Shown: in pieces, positions 1 to 12,213 of the stretch
Numbering within the stretch: position 1 is the stretch's first letter
Layout: every line of letters begins with the position of its first letter
Origin: Eledone cirrhosa
Taxonomy: Eukaryota
Direction of reading: 5' to 3'
NCBI GenBank assembly: GCA_964016885.1
Contig: OZ024752.1
Coordinates: forward strand, 7,502,001 to 7,566,000
DNA length: 64,000 nucleotides
Notes under the pieces: model-generated
Told to the model about the DNA's origin: nothing
The model's database searches: none
The model's input: only the letters and a program-made list of their open reading frames with translations
Position numbers and translations under genes: made by a program

Positions 1-73
1 ACTACCTGGAATATGGAATACCATAACTGGACTTTACCTAAGTGGACTGCATTTAACTATTATTTGTTACCCC

Positions 74-137
<64 letters not shown>

Positions 138-169
138 ATATATATATATGTATATATAAATTTGAGCTA

Positions 170-246
170 ACTTCCTGAAGAATCCGAAGCTCTGTTATCC
201 AATGTTATCGGATGTCTTAAAATGCGGATGAAACCATGTTAGAGGT
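170..246 (+). ncRNA. Hammerhead motif (one mismatch in stem III)
   Basis: ACTTC-CTGAAGA-ATCCG...CGGAT-GAAA-CCATGT-TA-GAGGT. Confidence 0.6.
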
Positions 247-616
247 AATTAAATATGTACACTTTTCTTCTAGTTTATTTTACACCTAATTCTGTTTAGT
301 TGACTGTATATCTGGTCGATTCATACATGCTGTCGAAATATTCGATAAATGATCCGTCGTAACCGCCGCGAAGGGGTTGCTTTCGGTTATTTGTCGGAGA
401 GTTCTTCATAGGAGCCTTTATTCTTATAGCTTGGTCTAATTGATTTTTTTTATATGGTTAATTATGCTAATTAGGAGAGGGAGGAAACGGTATATATTTT
501 ATCTGGTAATTCTATAGACATGTTTTATGATATATGTATATATATATATATATATATGTGTGTATACATATATATATGTGTGTGTGTATGTATATATATA
601 TATATATATATATGTG

Positions 617-666
<50 letters not shown>

Positions 667-753
667 TATATATATATATATATGCATATATATATATATA
701 TGTATATACAATGATATTAAATAAATAGAAAGTATATTTATAAAGCCATATTT

Positions 754-815
754 ATTCTATTATATATATTTCAAGGCTACCAAAAAAACTTTGGTATGCT
801 TTCATCAGATAAAAT
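754..815 (-). ncRNA. Minimal hammerhead motif, inverted copy of 871-932
   Basis: Reverse complement keeps CTGATGA, GAAA, stem I and most of stem II. Confidence 0.7.
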
Positions 816-870
816 ACAAAGAGTGTTTTATAAATTTTGACATAGCCAAGGAAAAACATACACTCTTTGT

Positions 871-932
871 ATTTTATCTGATGAAAGCATACCAAAGTTT
901 CTTTGGTACCCTTGAAATATATATAATAGAAT
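871..932 (+). ncRNA. Minimal type I hammerhead ribozyme motif
   Basis: Stem I ATTTTAT/ATAGAAT, CTGATGA, stem II AAG..TACCAAAG/CTTTGGTA..CTT, GAAA, palindromic stem III ATATATAT, AUA triplet. Confidence 0.75.
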
Positions 933-1073
933 AAATATGGCTTTATAAATATAGTTTCCATTTATTTAATATCATTGAATATTTACTACAGAAATCTTTT
1001 ATAAACTGAATCAGTTATAAACATTTATTTGTTGGATTTCCAACAAATTAAATATCCCTTCTACTTATATATG

Positions 1074-1184
<111 letters not shown>

Positions 1185-1451
1185 ATATATACATATATAT
1201 AATAGCATATTTATTGGGTATTGACCTGTTACGCGCATTTCACAGAGAATTGGCTCAAGGTCACTCATATGCGGTCATATGCCTTTTCGAGGTCTACAAA
1301 AATTGTTCCCCTCTGTCCATTATTTCTATATACTCCGTCACTAGTGGCCTATTTGTTAGTCTCTGCAGGTATGAGGGGTCTATTATACCAGTCATAGGTA
1401 CACCATACAACAATTTCATCCACAGTACAAACACGTGTGAAATAGTTTCAT

Positions 1452-1633
1452 TTGGCAGTATCGGTAGAGAGTCAGACACCATGCTTTGCAGCATAGAGTT
1501 ATGGTCCTTTATGATCTGAGTTCAAATCCCGCCGAGGTTAATTTTGCCTTTCATCCTTACGGGGTCGATAAAATAAGGTACCAGTAATGTACTGGGTAAT
1601 TGCTGGCCTTGTGCCAAAAGTAGAAACAATTAT
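1452..1633 (+). mobile_element. tRNA-derived SINE family B (Meta-domain-like)
   Basis: TTGGCAGTATCGGTAG A box, GTTCAAATCC B box, central TTTGCCTTTCATCCTTACGGGGTCGATAAAATAA.GTACCAG, tail AGAAACAATTAT. Meta assignment is from recall of the consensus. Confidence 0.85.
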
Positions 1634-1757
1634 CCTTTAATCATTCAATAATTTATTTATAGCAAATCTTTGACATTATAATTTACCACCTTTGTAACCT
1701 GACACTATCAACACTTTAATATATTTATAGTTAAACAAATGTATAGTTAAACAAATG

Positions 1758-2843
1758 TAACTAAGAATATAGATTTTATATGTGGCCAGTGCTCTGGTGC
1801 AATAAGTAGCAGCAAGTGCCCACAGAATACTAGCTCATTCCATTGCATAGATGGTTCTATAGAAATATTGGACACCTTCCGTTACTTGGGTGACAAAATC
1901 AGCAGGGGTGGAGGGTGCTCTGAAAGTACAGTAGCTAGAGTCCGAACGGAATGGAAAAAGTTCAGAGAGTTTATACCACTATTAGCCGCTAAAGGGTTCT
2001 CCCTAAAAATGAAAGGCAGGCTGTATGATGCCTGCATACGAACAGCAATGTTACATGGCAGTGAGACCTGGGCATTGTGTGCAGAGGATATACGCAGACT
2101 GGAGAGGAACGAAGCTTGCATGCTCCACTGGATGTGTAATAGTAATATACATGAACGGCAAAGCATAAACGAATTAAGGGAAAAATTAGAAATAAGAGGG
2201 ATCAGATGTTGTTTACTCGAGAGAAGACTACGTTGGTACGGTCACGTGATGCGCATGAAAGACGACAGCTGTATAAAAAAGTGCAGGGCAATAAAAATAG
2301 ACGGTAGCTACGGAGTAGGCAGACCCAGAAAAACCTGGGACGACTTGATAAATTCCGACCTCACACACTTACACCTCTCCAAGACAATGTCACTGGACCG
2401 AGATCTTTGGCGCTACACAGTAATACAGAAGACCCGCCTTACCTAAGTACAAAGTGAAACCTACTACAGTCAGTAGGCACCTCTAACAAAAATACACCCC
2501 GTCCCACTATCCCCACCCCATCCACACCACCCCTTTCAATGTAAAGTTATGTTGGTACCACAACATCCAGTCCGAAACAAATGAGGTTGTGTAGGTGTCA
2601 CAACAAAAAAACAGACAAGTCCACGCTGTAATGTGGCCGTGTAGGTAACATGGTAAAAACCTCCCAGTCCACACTGTAAACGTGGTTGGTGTTAGGAAGG
2701 GCATCCAGCCGTAGAAAACCTGCCAGACAGTCCTATGCGAGCAAGACAACCACTCTTGCCTCAAGTGGGAAAACTCCCGTCCAAACCCATGCAAGCGTGG
2801 AAGATGGACGTTAAACGATGATGATGATGATGATGATGATGAT
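1758..2843 (+). mobile_element. 5'-truncated RTE-clade LINE, family 1, copy A
   Basis: ORF 1868-2446 has RT C-terminal motifs FRYLG, MLHGSETW, RRLRWYGHVMRM, GRPRKTW; 3' UTR ends in a (GAT)n tail. Confidence 0.93.
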
Positions 2844-2844
2844 C

Positions 2845-3560
2845 TCGAATATCGAGTTTGAAACTCCAGGAACTACCATAAAATCCCTGATCAGTAAAAC
2901 TTACCCTTTAAGCAAACCCGTTGTACAAATAAGGAATGTGTGATATGTAGAATTAGTCCACAAATAAATTGTAAAACTATAAATGTAATCTATAGCATAA
3001 GATGTACAGAGGGTTCTTGCAAAATAACATACATAGGAGAGACAGCTTGGAGCATAGGGGAAAGATTAGACCGACACTGGGGGAAACTAAAAGTACAAAA
3101 AGACGGTTTGGTACTATATGAAGATGCCAGACTAAGACATAATAGAAATTAAAATAATATCTAAACATAGGAATGACTCGAATATTACACAAATTAGGGA
3201 AGATACAGAAATAGAATTAAGAAAACCTAGACTGAACAGAAAACATGAATGGAACAATAACAACCATACATAAACACACACACATTATCAAAGATAGAAT
3301 ATAAATATACAGAGATGCAATAACAACACCCACACATAAACACACTCTAGTGACCAAAGATAGAATATAAATACATAATCACACACAGACTCAAACACGA
3401 ATACACGAGCTCACACCAAACAGAATACATGCATACAAACACGTCCAAATAGAGACAACAACAACAAAAATGTTATAGAAACACACTGGGAGGAAACACA
3501 GCAATAATCACTGAAGATGTAATAGGAATGTGTGACAAAAGAACTTTGAGAAATTATATT
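2845..3560 (+). mobile_element. Penelope-like element remnant (GIY-YIG endonuclease + 3' region)
   Basis: CxxC..C upstream of NVIYSIRC...YIGET...ERL..H, then frameshifted IRE..EIELRKPRLNRK; decayed hammerhead-like motif near 3508-3550. Confidence 0.85.
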
Positions 3561-3772
3561 TATATTTATATTTTTATTGGGGGGCAAAATTATCATGGAT
3601 AAATCTGTGGGTATTGAAATCTTCTTTGCCCATTCATTCCTGGGGAAGTCGTGGGGGAAGATTCCCCAAATACTCCTTTCGGTGGATCTCGTCAGAAGCA
3701 GCCATCTCCTATTGATCTGGTTGGATCTCCAAGTGAGGCCAGTAGAGCTCATGGATGTTAGAGAATGGGTCA
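3548..3772 (-). mobile_element. 3' end of RTE family 2 (duplicated at 5468-5688)
   Basis: Near-identical to 5468-5688; reverse complement aligns by eye with 5150-5250 and 39310-39450. Confidence 0.7.
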
Positions 3773-4272
3773 CATGTGGTGGATAGCGATATGGTCACCA
3801 GATAGGATGGCAAATTGTAATATAAGTGGGCTCCTGCTGGACGAATATGCAACTCTGGACTAACAGTGGTAAACTACTAGGAGAGATGGAACAATGGGGG
3901 ACACCTGTAGTTCTCAAGAAAACTCTCACAATCCAGTGATGTAGCTATGACAAAGCAAGTAAAGGCTGCCTTTAAAAGAAGCCTAGTCTTTGTAGGTGTG
4001 AGAAAGGTATCAAATTGGTGACAGGATATTGAAATACAGACCACAATAGTTCTAAGGTCATCAATAGAAATAGGTGTGACAATACCTCTGGGTATTTAGA
4101 CCATGCTGAATTCATTCATCTTCACTATTGGTTCTGTTTATGTTGTCTCTTCTCTCACAGACACTGGATAAGAGAAACACTTGGAACAAGAGGAATTGGA
4201 TGTAGTGCACAAGTGTAAAGACTGCATTGGTATGGACATGTGATGCGTATGGAAGATAACAGCTGTATAAAA

Positions 4273-4502
4273 TAATTGTTTCTACTTTTGGCGCAGGGCC
4301 AGCAATTACCCCAGTGCATTACTGGTACTTTATTTTATCAATCCCGTTGAACAGGTGTATAAAATAATTGTTTCTACTTTTGGCACAAGGCCAGCAAATA
4401 CCCAGTGTATTACTGGTACTTTATTTTATCGACCCCGTAAGGATGAAAGGCAAAGTTAACCTCGGCGGGATTTGAATTCAGACCGTAAAGGGATGTAACT
4501 CT
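4273..4502 (-). mobile_element. SINE family B, two tandem partial copies
   Basis: Reverse complement of the 1452-1633 3' half, present twice. Confidence 0.85.
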
Positions 4503-4829
4503 AGCAAAAACCCATGGCAAATTTAGGATGATGTAGTTAAGACCATCTTTAAGCTGAACCTCACAGGTCTGTAAGGTCTGGCACTATGCTGTACCGACGA
4601 AGACCCATCTACCAGCATAAAATGTGACTTGAGCCCTCCCTCTCAACTAACTCTCCTTATTAGGTACCCTTACCACTAGCAGTCCCTTCTAGTTACTCTC
4701 TTCATTACTGTACACCCTCACCCTATCCATACCACATCCACTAACACACTTTAGCTATTTTCTCCAATAAATAAGCACCCACCATTATCCTTTCTTAACT
4801 ATACTCACCATCACGACATCCTTCGGATG

Positions 4830-5326
4830 TAAGAGGTAGGTGTAAAAGCCAAACTCGCTATCTTCAATTCAGTATTCGTGCCAACCCTTACCTATGGTCA
4901 TGGATGAGAGAATTCAAGCGGCCAAAATGGGGTTCCTCCTCTGGAGTAATGTTACTTGATACAGTGCATAGATCGGAGATCAGAGAGTCCTTCCAGGTAG
5001 AGCTGCTACTTCTTTTAATTGAGAGATAACAGCTCTGATACTATCGTCATATGGTTAGAATGTCTCAGGAAAGAATCTCTGGACAAATTTTACAGGCAAA
5101 ACAAACTAGCAGGAGACCCAGGGCTAGACGCTGAGCAAGATGGTTGGATAACATCCATGAGTTTGGCTGGTCTCACTTGGGGATCCAGCTGGATCTGTTG
5201 GAGATGGTTGAGGACTCTGCCCCACGACCCTCTCAGGAGTAAGTGGAAGAAGAAGAAGAAGAAGAAGAAGAAGAAGAAGAAGAAGAAGAAGAAGAAGAAG
5301 AAGAAGAAGAAGAAGAAGAAGAAGAA
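4830..5326 (+). mobile_element. Degenerate RTE family 2 3' fragment with (GAA)n tail
   Basis: KAKLAIFNSVFVPTLTYGH and RIQAAKMGFL remnants; long (GAA)n at 5246-5326; related copy at 39140-39450. Confidence 0.8.
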
Positions 5327-5687
5327 AATGACATAAACACATCGAGCTTGAAAATATTATTAATTGGTAATTTCGATTCTTTTTGGTCAACTTCATGTGT
5401 TTGTGTGTGTGTAGGTGTGTATGTGATTGTATGTGTGTATATGTGAATGTATTTATATATACACTGGGAGGAAATTATATTTATATTTTTATTGGGGGGC
5501 AAAATTATCATGGATAAATCTGTGGGTATTGAAATCTTCTTTGCCCACTCATTCCTGGGAAAGTCGTGGGGACAGATTCCCCAAATACTCCTTTCAGTGG
5601 GTCTCGTCAGAAGCAGCCATCTCCTATTGATCTGGTTGGATCTCCAAGTGAGGCCAGTAGAGCTCATGGATGTTAGAGAATGGGTCA

Positions 5688-6771
5688 CTAAGAATATAGA
5701 TTTAACTAAGAATATAGATTTTATATGTGGCCGGTGCTCTGCTGCAATAAGTAGCAGCATATGCCCACAGAATACTAGCTCATTCCATTGCCCAGATGCT
5801 TCTATAGAAATAGTGGACACCTTCCGTTACCTGGGTGACAAAATCAGCAGGGGTGGAGGGTGCTCCGAAAGTACTGTAGCTAGAGACCGAACGGGATGGA
5901 AAAAGTTCAGAGAGCTTATAACACTATTGGCTGCTAAAGGTTTCTCTCTAAAAATAAAAGGCAGGCTGTATGATGCCTGCATACGAACAGCGATGTTATA
6001 TGGCAGTGAGACATGGGCCTTGTGTGCAGAGGATCTACGCAGACGGGAGAGGAACGAAGCTTGCATGCTCCGTTGGATGTGTAATAGTAATATACGTGTA
6101 CGGCAAAGCATAAACGAACTAAGGGAAAAATTAGAAATAAGAGGGATCAGATGTTGTTTACTCGAGAGAAGGCTACGTTGGTACGGTCACGTGATGCGCA
6201 TGAAAGACGACAGCTGTATAAAAAAGTGCACGGCGATCAAAATAGACGGTAGCTACGGAGTAGGTAGACCCAGAAAAACCGGGGACGACTTGATAAAATC
6301 CAACCTCACACACTTACACCTCTCCAAGACAATGTGATTGGACTGAGATCTTTGGTGCTACGTAGTAATACAGAAAACCTGCTTTGCCTGAGTACAAAGC
6401 GAAACCTACTGTCAGTAGGCACCTCTTAACCAAAATACACCCATCCCACTACCCCTACCGCCATCTACACCAACCCTTTCGATGTAAAGCTATGTTGGTA
6501 CCACAACATCCAGTCCTAAATAAATGAGGTCGCGTAGGTGTCACGACAAAAAAAACACAGTCCACGCTGTAATGTGGCCGTGTACGTAACACGGTAAAAA
6601 CCTCCCAGTCCACACTGTAAACGTGGTTGGTGTTAGGAAGGGCATCCAGCTGTAGAAAACCCGCCAGACAGTCCTGAGCAAGACAACCAATCTTGCCTCA
6701 AGTGGGATAACTCCCGTCCAGACCCATGCTAGCGTGGAAGATAGACGTTAAACGATGATGATGATGATGAT
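5688..6771 (+). mobile_element. 5'-truncated RTE-clade LINE, family 1, copy B
   Basis: Colinear, highly similar copy of 1758-2843 with the same RT motifs and (GAT)n tail; premature TGA at 6335-6337. Confidence 0.93.
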
Positions 6772-7027
6772 ATATATACTGTATATATATATATATATGT
6801 TAGGTAATTCCAAAGGAAAAACGAGTGCTCTATGTATAGAACAGAGCTATTTTTAATTAGAAAGTGAACAAACAAAATATAACTACTCCATTACCAACGG
6901 TTTCTGGATCTCAGACAATAATAATATACGTCTGGATCTAACATCTCTGTCTGACGACCGATCCAGACGTCTATTATTATTGTCTGCGACCCAGAAACCT
7001 TTGGTAATGGAGTAGTTATCTAATTAA

Positions 7028-7075
<48 letters not shown>

Positions 7076-7699
7076 ATGTGTATGTATGTGGTGATAGTAT
7101 AATGTCCTATTACATTCTGATCAACAAAAGCTTTTAACAATTTTTATTGTTTTCTTAACAGAGTTATCTCTCTTTAACCACATTTTGGTTTTGAATCGTA
7201 AAATAACTGGAAGAAGAAAATATTTTTATAACATATTTATATAAAATATAAATTAAATTAGACTATATGTTGTATTTATATATCTATTTATCTACCTATC
7301 TCTCTCTCTCTCTTTATGTATATATGAGAGAAAAAGAGGGTTGTATGTCTATATATTATTTCTTAAGTATGTGTCGCAACATATTTGACAAAATTTTAAT
7401 AGATTTTTAATGTTACAATTATAAAAAAATATTCTGTCAGATTAAAGAAAAAATAATCTTTAAATATATCCTCTGTGCTTTTTCACTTTTAATTTTTACA
7501 CACACATATTGTTTTAACTTTCATTATTTTTTGTTTTAATATTAAGATATATATCATTAATTATAATATATGATAATGTACTGGGTAATTGCTGGCCTTG
7601 TGCCAAAAGTAGAAACAATTAATTATAATATATGATAAAAATAATAATAATATAATTTTCTTTTTGGTAGGGGGTGACAAGACTTTCGGACTATATATA

Positions 7700-7775
7700 C
7701 TGGGTGTCCCAAAAAATGTATACACACTTCAAAAGCATTCTAATAAGTGTGTATATATTTTTGGGGAACACCCTG
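7700..7775. mobile_element. Tc1/mariner-type mini-MITE
   Basis: TA|CTGGGTGTCCC...GGAACACCCTG; almost entirely a fold-back; sister copy at 8416-8492. Confidence 0.7.
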
Positions 7776-8242
7776 TGTGTATATATATATATATGTAAAT
7801 GTATATATATTAACAAATGTCGCTGTCTGTGTACAAACTTTTTGCTATTTTTGTTTGTTCGTAATAAAAGGAAAAATCATTATAAAAGTCTTCGTTTTTC
7901 CTCCGAATATAATATCGATACATTATCAATATAATGATAATATTTATATTGATATAGTATGTTGTTGTTATTTCCTCATTTGCCAAACACAAATCTCCAC
8001 AATATTAAGGAGAAAATAATCTATTTATATAAATTATATAAAAATATTTATATTATAAATTTTGAAATAATATATATTTAAATAAGTTGCGGCGATAATT
8101 AAAATAAATTTTGTTCCAGTTGATGGAATAAAAATATCTGTTGTCATCAAAGTAGATGACTCATAGCTGGAACTCTTCCAATAATTCATCTTAAATCAGC
8201 CATTGTCTTTATTTTCCTCATTTATTAAGATGGAGTTTCACC

Positions 8243-8279
<37 letters not shown>

Positions 8280-8337
8280 CACATATGTGTGTATATTTAT
8301 ATATATATATATTATGTATATATATATATTATGTATA

Positions 8338-8384
<47 letters not shown>

Positions 8385-8415
8385 ATGTATGTATGTGTTT
8401 ATATATATGTATATA

Positions 8416-8492
8416 CAGGGTGTTCCAAAAATGTATACACACTTCAACAGTATTCTAATCAATGTGTATATACATATTTGGGGGACAGTCTG
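8416..8492. mobile_element. Tc1/mariner-type mini-MITE
   Basis: TA|CAGGGTGTTCC...GGACAGTCTG|TA. Confidence 0.7.
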
Positions 8493-9379
8493 TATATAAT
8501 GTGTGTGTGTATTAAGAACAATTCCATGTAGTATGTTTGTATGATAATGCCGTAATATATAAATTAAAATAAATAAAATAATATGTTGTCTAAGATGGTA
8601 GAGGAAGAAATTTATGATATATCTGTGTATGAAAGGAGTGATTGGTCTTCGGTGTCATTTCTCCATCCATGCCCGTCGGAAAAAGAAAGAAAAAGGAACG
8701 AATATTCATTAACCATTATTTTTCTTTCTCATTGAAAATATATAATCTTTGAGTCTAATTATGTCAAACGAAAACAATGTGATTAATAAATTATAAATAA
8801 TTTCGACTATGGTCGGAGAGAAGGAAACATCCGGCGATTCTAGTTCAGTTGGGCCAGAGTATATTTCACCATTCGTCTTCATCAACGTTTTGCTTTAATT
8901 AACACAACTTCATCTTTTGTTGACAGATAATGTATGAACACAAAATCTAATAATTTATTTTATCCATCGCACCATATTTTTATTACTATTCAAAACACAC
9001 AAAGACAAATTAGTTACCACAGCATAATCCAATATTTTGTTTATATATATATATATAATTATGGATATAAATATATTTATATAGCGCACGTATAAATATA
9101 TGATACACAATTTAATTATATATATATATATACAAAGTACTGAATCGTGATTAAACAATGGATTCAGAAAATGAGATTTATTTCACTTTTCTGTCACTAC
9201 CGACATTTTTGAAGAACATTAAACATTTTTAATAATTTCAAAATAAAATGGGCAAATGATTTTTTTGTGGCGGGTTTGGATGTTTAATTGAAAAATAATT
9301 ATTTTAATCAATATATATATGTGTGTGTGTATATATATAATGTTTAGGTTATGTCCCAGCATGCTGAGAAAAGAAGGTT

Positions 9380-9520
9380 CGCCATATTGGATGAAGCGGA
9401 AGTGCAGCATGTTTTTTCATTTGTCCAAAGATCTGCAGAAGAAAACACTAAAACGGAAACGGAAGTGTAAAAAACATGTGCGCAAAGCCTATTGGTAAAT
9501 GAAAAGATGCGCATCTCTTT
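9380..9520. promoter_or_regulatory. Candidate housekeeping-type promoter of USP22
   Basis: Non-repetitive cluster about 0.9 kb upstream of the ATG: CGCCATATTG (YY1-like, reverse) at 9380, ETS-like CGGAAGTG at 9397 and 9460, TGCGCA at 9479 and inside palindrome AGATGCGCATCT 9505-9516, reverse CCAAT at 9491. Motif matches only. Confidence 0.5.
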
Positions 9521-10331
9521 GTTGACTGATGAATGGACACACAGACAGACATCTCCCACTACACCTCTCTTTATATCTACATTTCTCTTGTTTTTTTCCC
9601 CTCCTTCTTTGATTGTACCTTCTCTAAATACCTGCTACCACTACTCATTCGAAAAAATGTATTTTTTTACCAAGTACATTACTATGCTTTCTTCTCCTTC
9701 CCCTCCCCCTTCTTACTAAATGACCTTACCACTGTGGTAGGAGTGTACCTCCTACTCCATCCATTGGTTACTACTCTCACTAACCTCTCTGGCCACGGTC
9801 ATCCTCTCTTGTATGTTTAACCGACACTCGTTTATTTCTCCCCATCTTTTGATAAAGTGTCATAATCTACCGCCTCCACCATCGCCACCACCTTCTTACT
9901 AAGTAAGCCTACTTCCTCCTCCCCTTCCTCCTACCACCACTATAATCTCTACTCCCACTGCCAATGTCTGGTGCCAGTAGTCCTACCATTGTCATACTAG
10001 CTAGCACCAGCGCACACCGACTACTACTACCAACAGCTCTAATATAGGCTAGTGGTAGCACTGTGTTGTGACAAGGGGGTGGTTAGCTTCCCCTGCCACT
10101 CCAGGAAACCGATTGTAAGAAGAACATCAGCTGAGTTAGCTAAAGCCCCTCACATTAGAATATCCTCTGTTTTTTTTTTGTAGATCTCTACAATAACCCA
10201 TCGTCTCCATCTGTAGTGAGTATAGGTGGGAAGAGTCCTGGCTTCGCAAGGCTCTGTGTGTGTGCCCGGCCTGGCCACAGTCAGCCCCGTGAGGGTCAAC
10301 AGCAGGCCGTGCCCCCCTAGGTCCGGCCGAC

Positions 10332-10403
10332 ATGAGCAGCGACAGCAGGCCGATCAACAATATCAATCACATCGGGGACAACACCATAAAGCCCCTAAAA
10401 TGA
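10332..10403 (+). promoter_or_regulatory. Candidate 23-codon uORF whose stop overlaps the USP22 ATG
   Basis: gacATG at 10332 reads MSSDSRPINNINHIGDNTIKPLK-TGA(10401-10403); ATGA overlap with the main start at 10400. Confidence 0.5.
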
Positions 10404-10519
10404 ACGTGAATGGCTGCCCGCATCTCAATGCTTTCAAATCAGCCAAGGGAACCGAACCATTCCGGATAATCCATGCTTATTTCATTGCCTGTTCGTCAGC
10501 TGATGCCCGAAGAATCAAG
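10400..10519 (+). CDS. USP22: USP22 coding exon 1 (start of ZnF-UBP region)
   Basis: aaaATG at 10400; MNVNGCPHLNAFKSAKGTEPFRIIHAYFIACSSADARRIK resembles the USP22 N-terminal GCxHL...RRxK segment; donor AAG|GTAGGT, phase 0 matching exon 2. Confidence 0.85.
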
Positions 10520-11051
10520 GTAGGTGTTAATGTCTCGCTAATATGGTCTATATGATTATATATCATATATCTAGCACAACACTGTCCCCTTCTTCACACG
10601 GTATAAAGGGTTTTATCTCACACACTCTTTTATAGTCGTCTTATCCAGATGTCTCCCTCATCTGGAAAAACATCTATCTCTGTCTCCAGTACACATTCAC
10701 TCCTAGCTTTCTTCCTCTAGTATATATAGCTAAATATATATATATATACATCATCACATATATATACACATTATTACACACAGATATATATACATACATC
10801 ATTACACACACACACTTATATACATACATCATTATACACATATACATACATACATCATTATACACATATATATACATACATACTTCATTATATGCACATA
10901 TATACGTACATACTTCATTATACGCACATATATATACATACATACTTATTATACATACATACATCATTATACATATATATATATATATATATACATACAT
11001 ACATACATACATACATCATTATACTCATATATACATACATACATGATTATA

Positions 11052-11087
<36 letters not shown>

Positions 11088-11238
11088 CATACATACATCA
11101 TTATACACACACACACACATATATATACATACATCGTAATATATTGACATACAGACCTATCTTTCTTCATATAGCTTCTCTCATATATACGCATTTATAT
11201 ATACATAATAGTAATATATATATAAATATATATTTGCA

Positions 11239-11290
<52 letters not shown>

Positions 11291-11385
11291 GTTGTTCATA
11301 TTTCTTGGTTATCAACTTTGTTCTTTAATTTATTATCACGCATCACTTCCCTTCCTATCATTTGTCATAATATTGTTTGTATTTG

Positions 11386-11419
<34 letters not shown>

Positions 11420-11544
11420 TTATATATATATGTATGTATGTATATATAATGTGTGTGTGTACGAAATATAGAATAATTTAGTCTCTTTAAAATGATAGAA
11501 TTTTTATACAATTCGTCACAGACTGTGATTTTGTCGCATACACA

Positions 11545-11592
<48 letters not shown>

Positions 11593-12182
11593 TTTCAATA
11601 TATATATAGATACATACAATATATCTATCTGTATATATATATATATATTGCCAGTAAGTGGTTATATTTCATATTAATCGCTTTGACAACTATATTTCAC
11701 ACAAATTTTGATTGTTTCTGGTGAATCGAAGAAAACACACATACACATATAAATGTATATATATATATAAATGTATATATATATATAAATGTGTATATAT
11801 ATATATGTGTGTATTACACAATAAATTGAGAGATATATAATCAACTATATATATATAATAAATTGAGATATATATATATAACCAACTATAGTAATAATAA
11901 TAAATTTGAAGACTAAAATCCAAAGAGGGCTCAATAAGGATAAATATATATCAAATATATAAGAACCTTTAATCTGTTATTTTATTAAATATAACCAACT
12001 ATATATATATATACTATATGTATATATTATTATTTTACTATTATAGAAATGACTTCTACAGAACTAGAACTGTTTCATTTGTAAGAAATCAAGAAAATAA
12101 AGATGTCTTTACTCTACAAATGTATTGAGTACCTTTTGTTAACTGTGATCTCTTCCGATATGTATCGGAAATCCAGTTATAG

Positions 12183-12213
<31 letters not shown>

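Noticed and set aside
5019-5446. Poly-Lys / poly-Glu ORFs
   Set aside because: Translation of the (GAA)n tail of an RTE fragment.
5447-6337. 296-aa ORF as a novel fusion gene
   Set aside because: Chance read-through from an antisense RTE 3' fragment into a truncated RT C-terminus; lacks the RT catalytic core.
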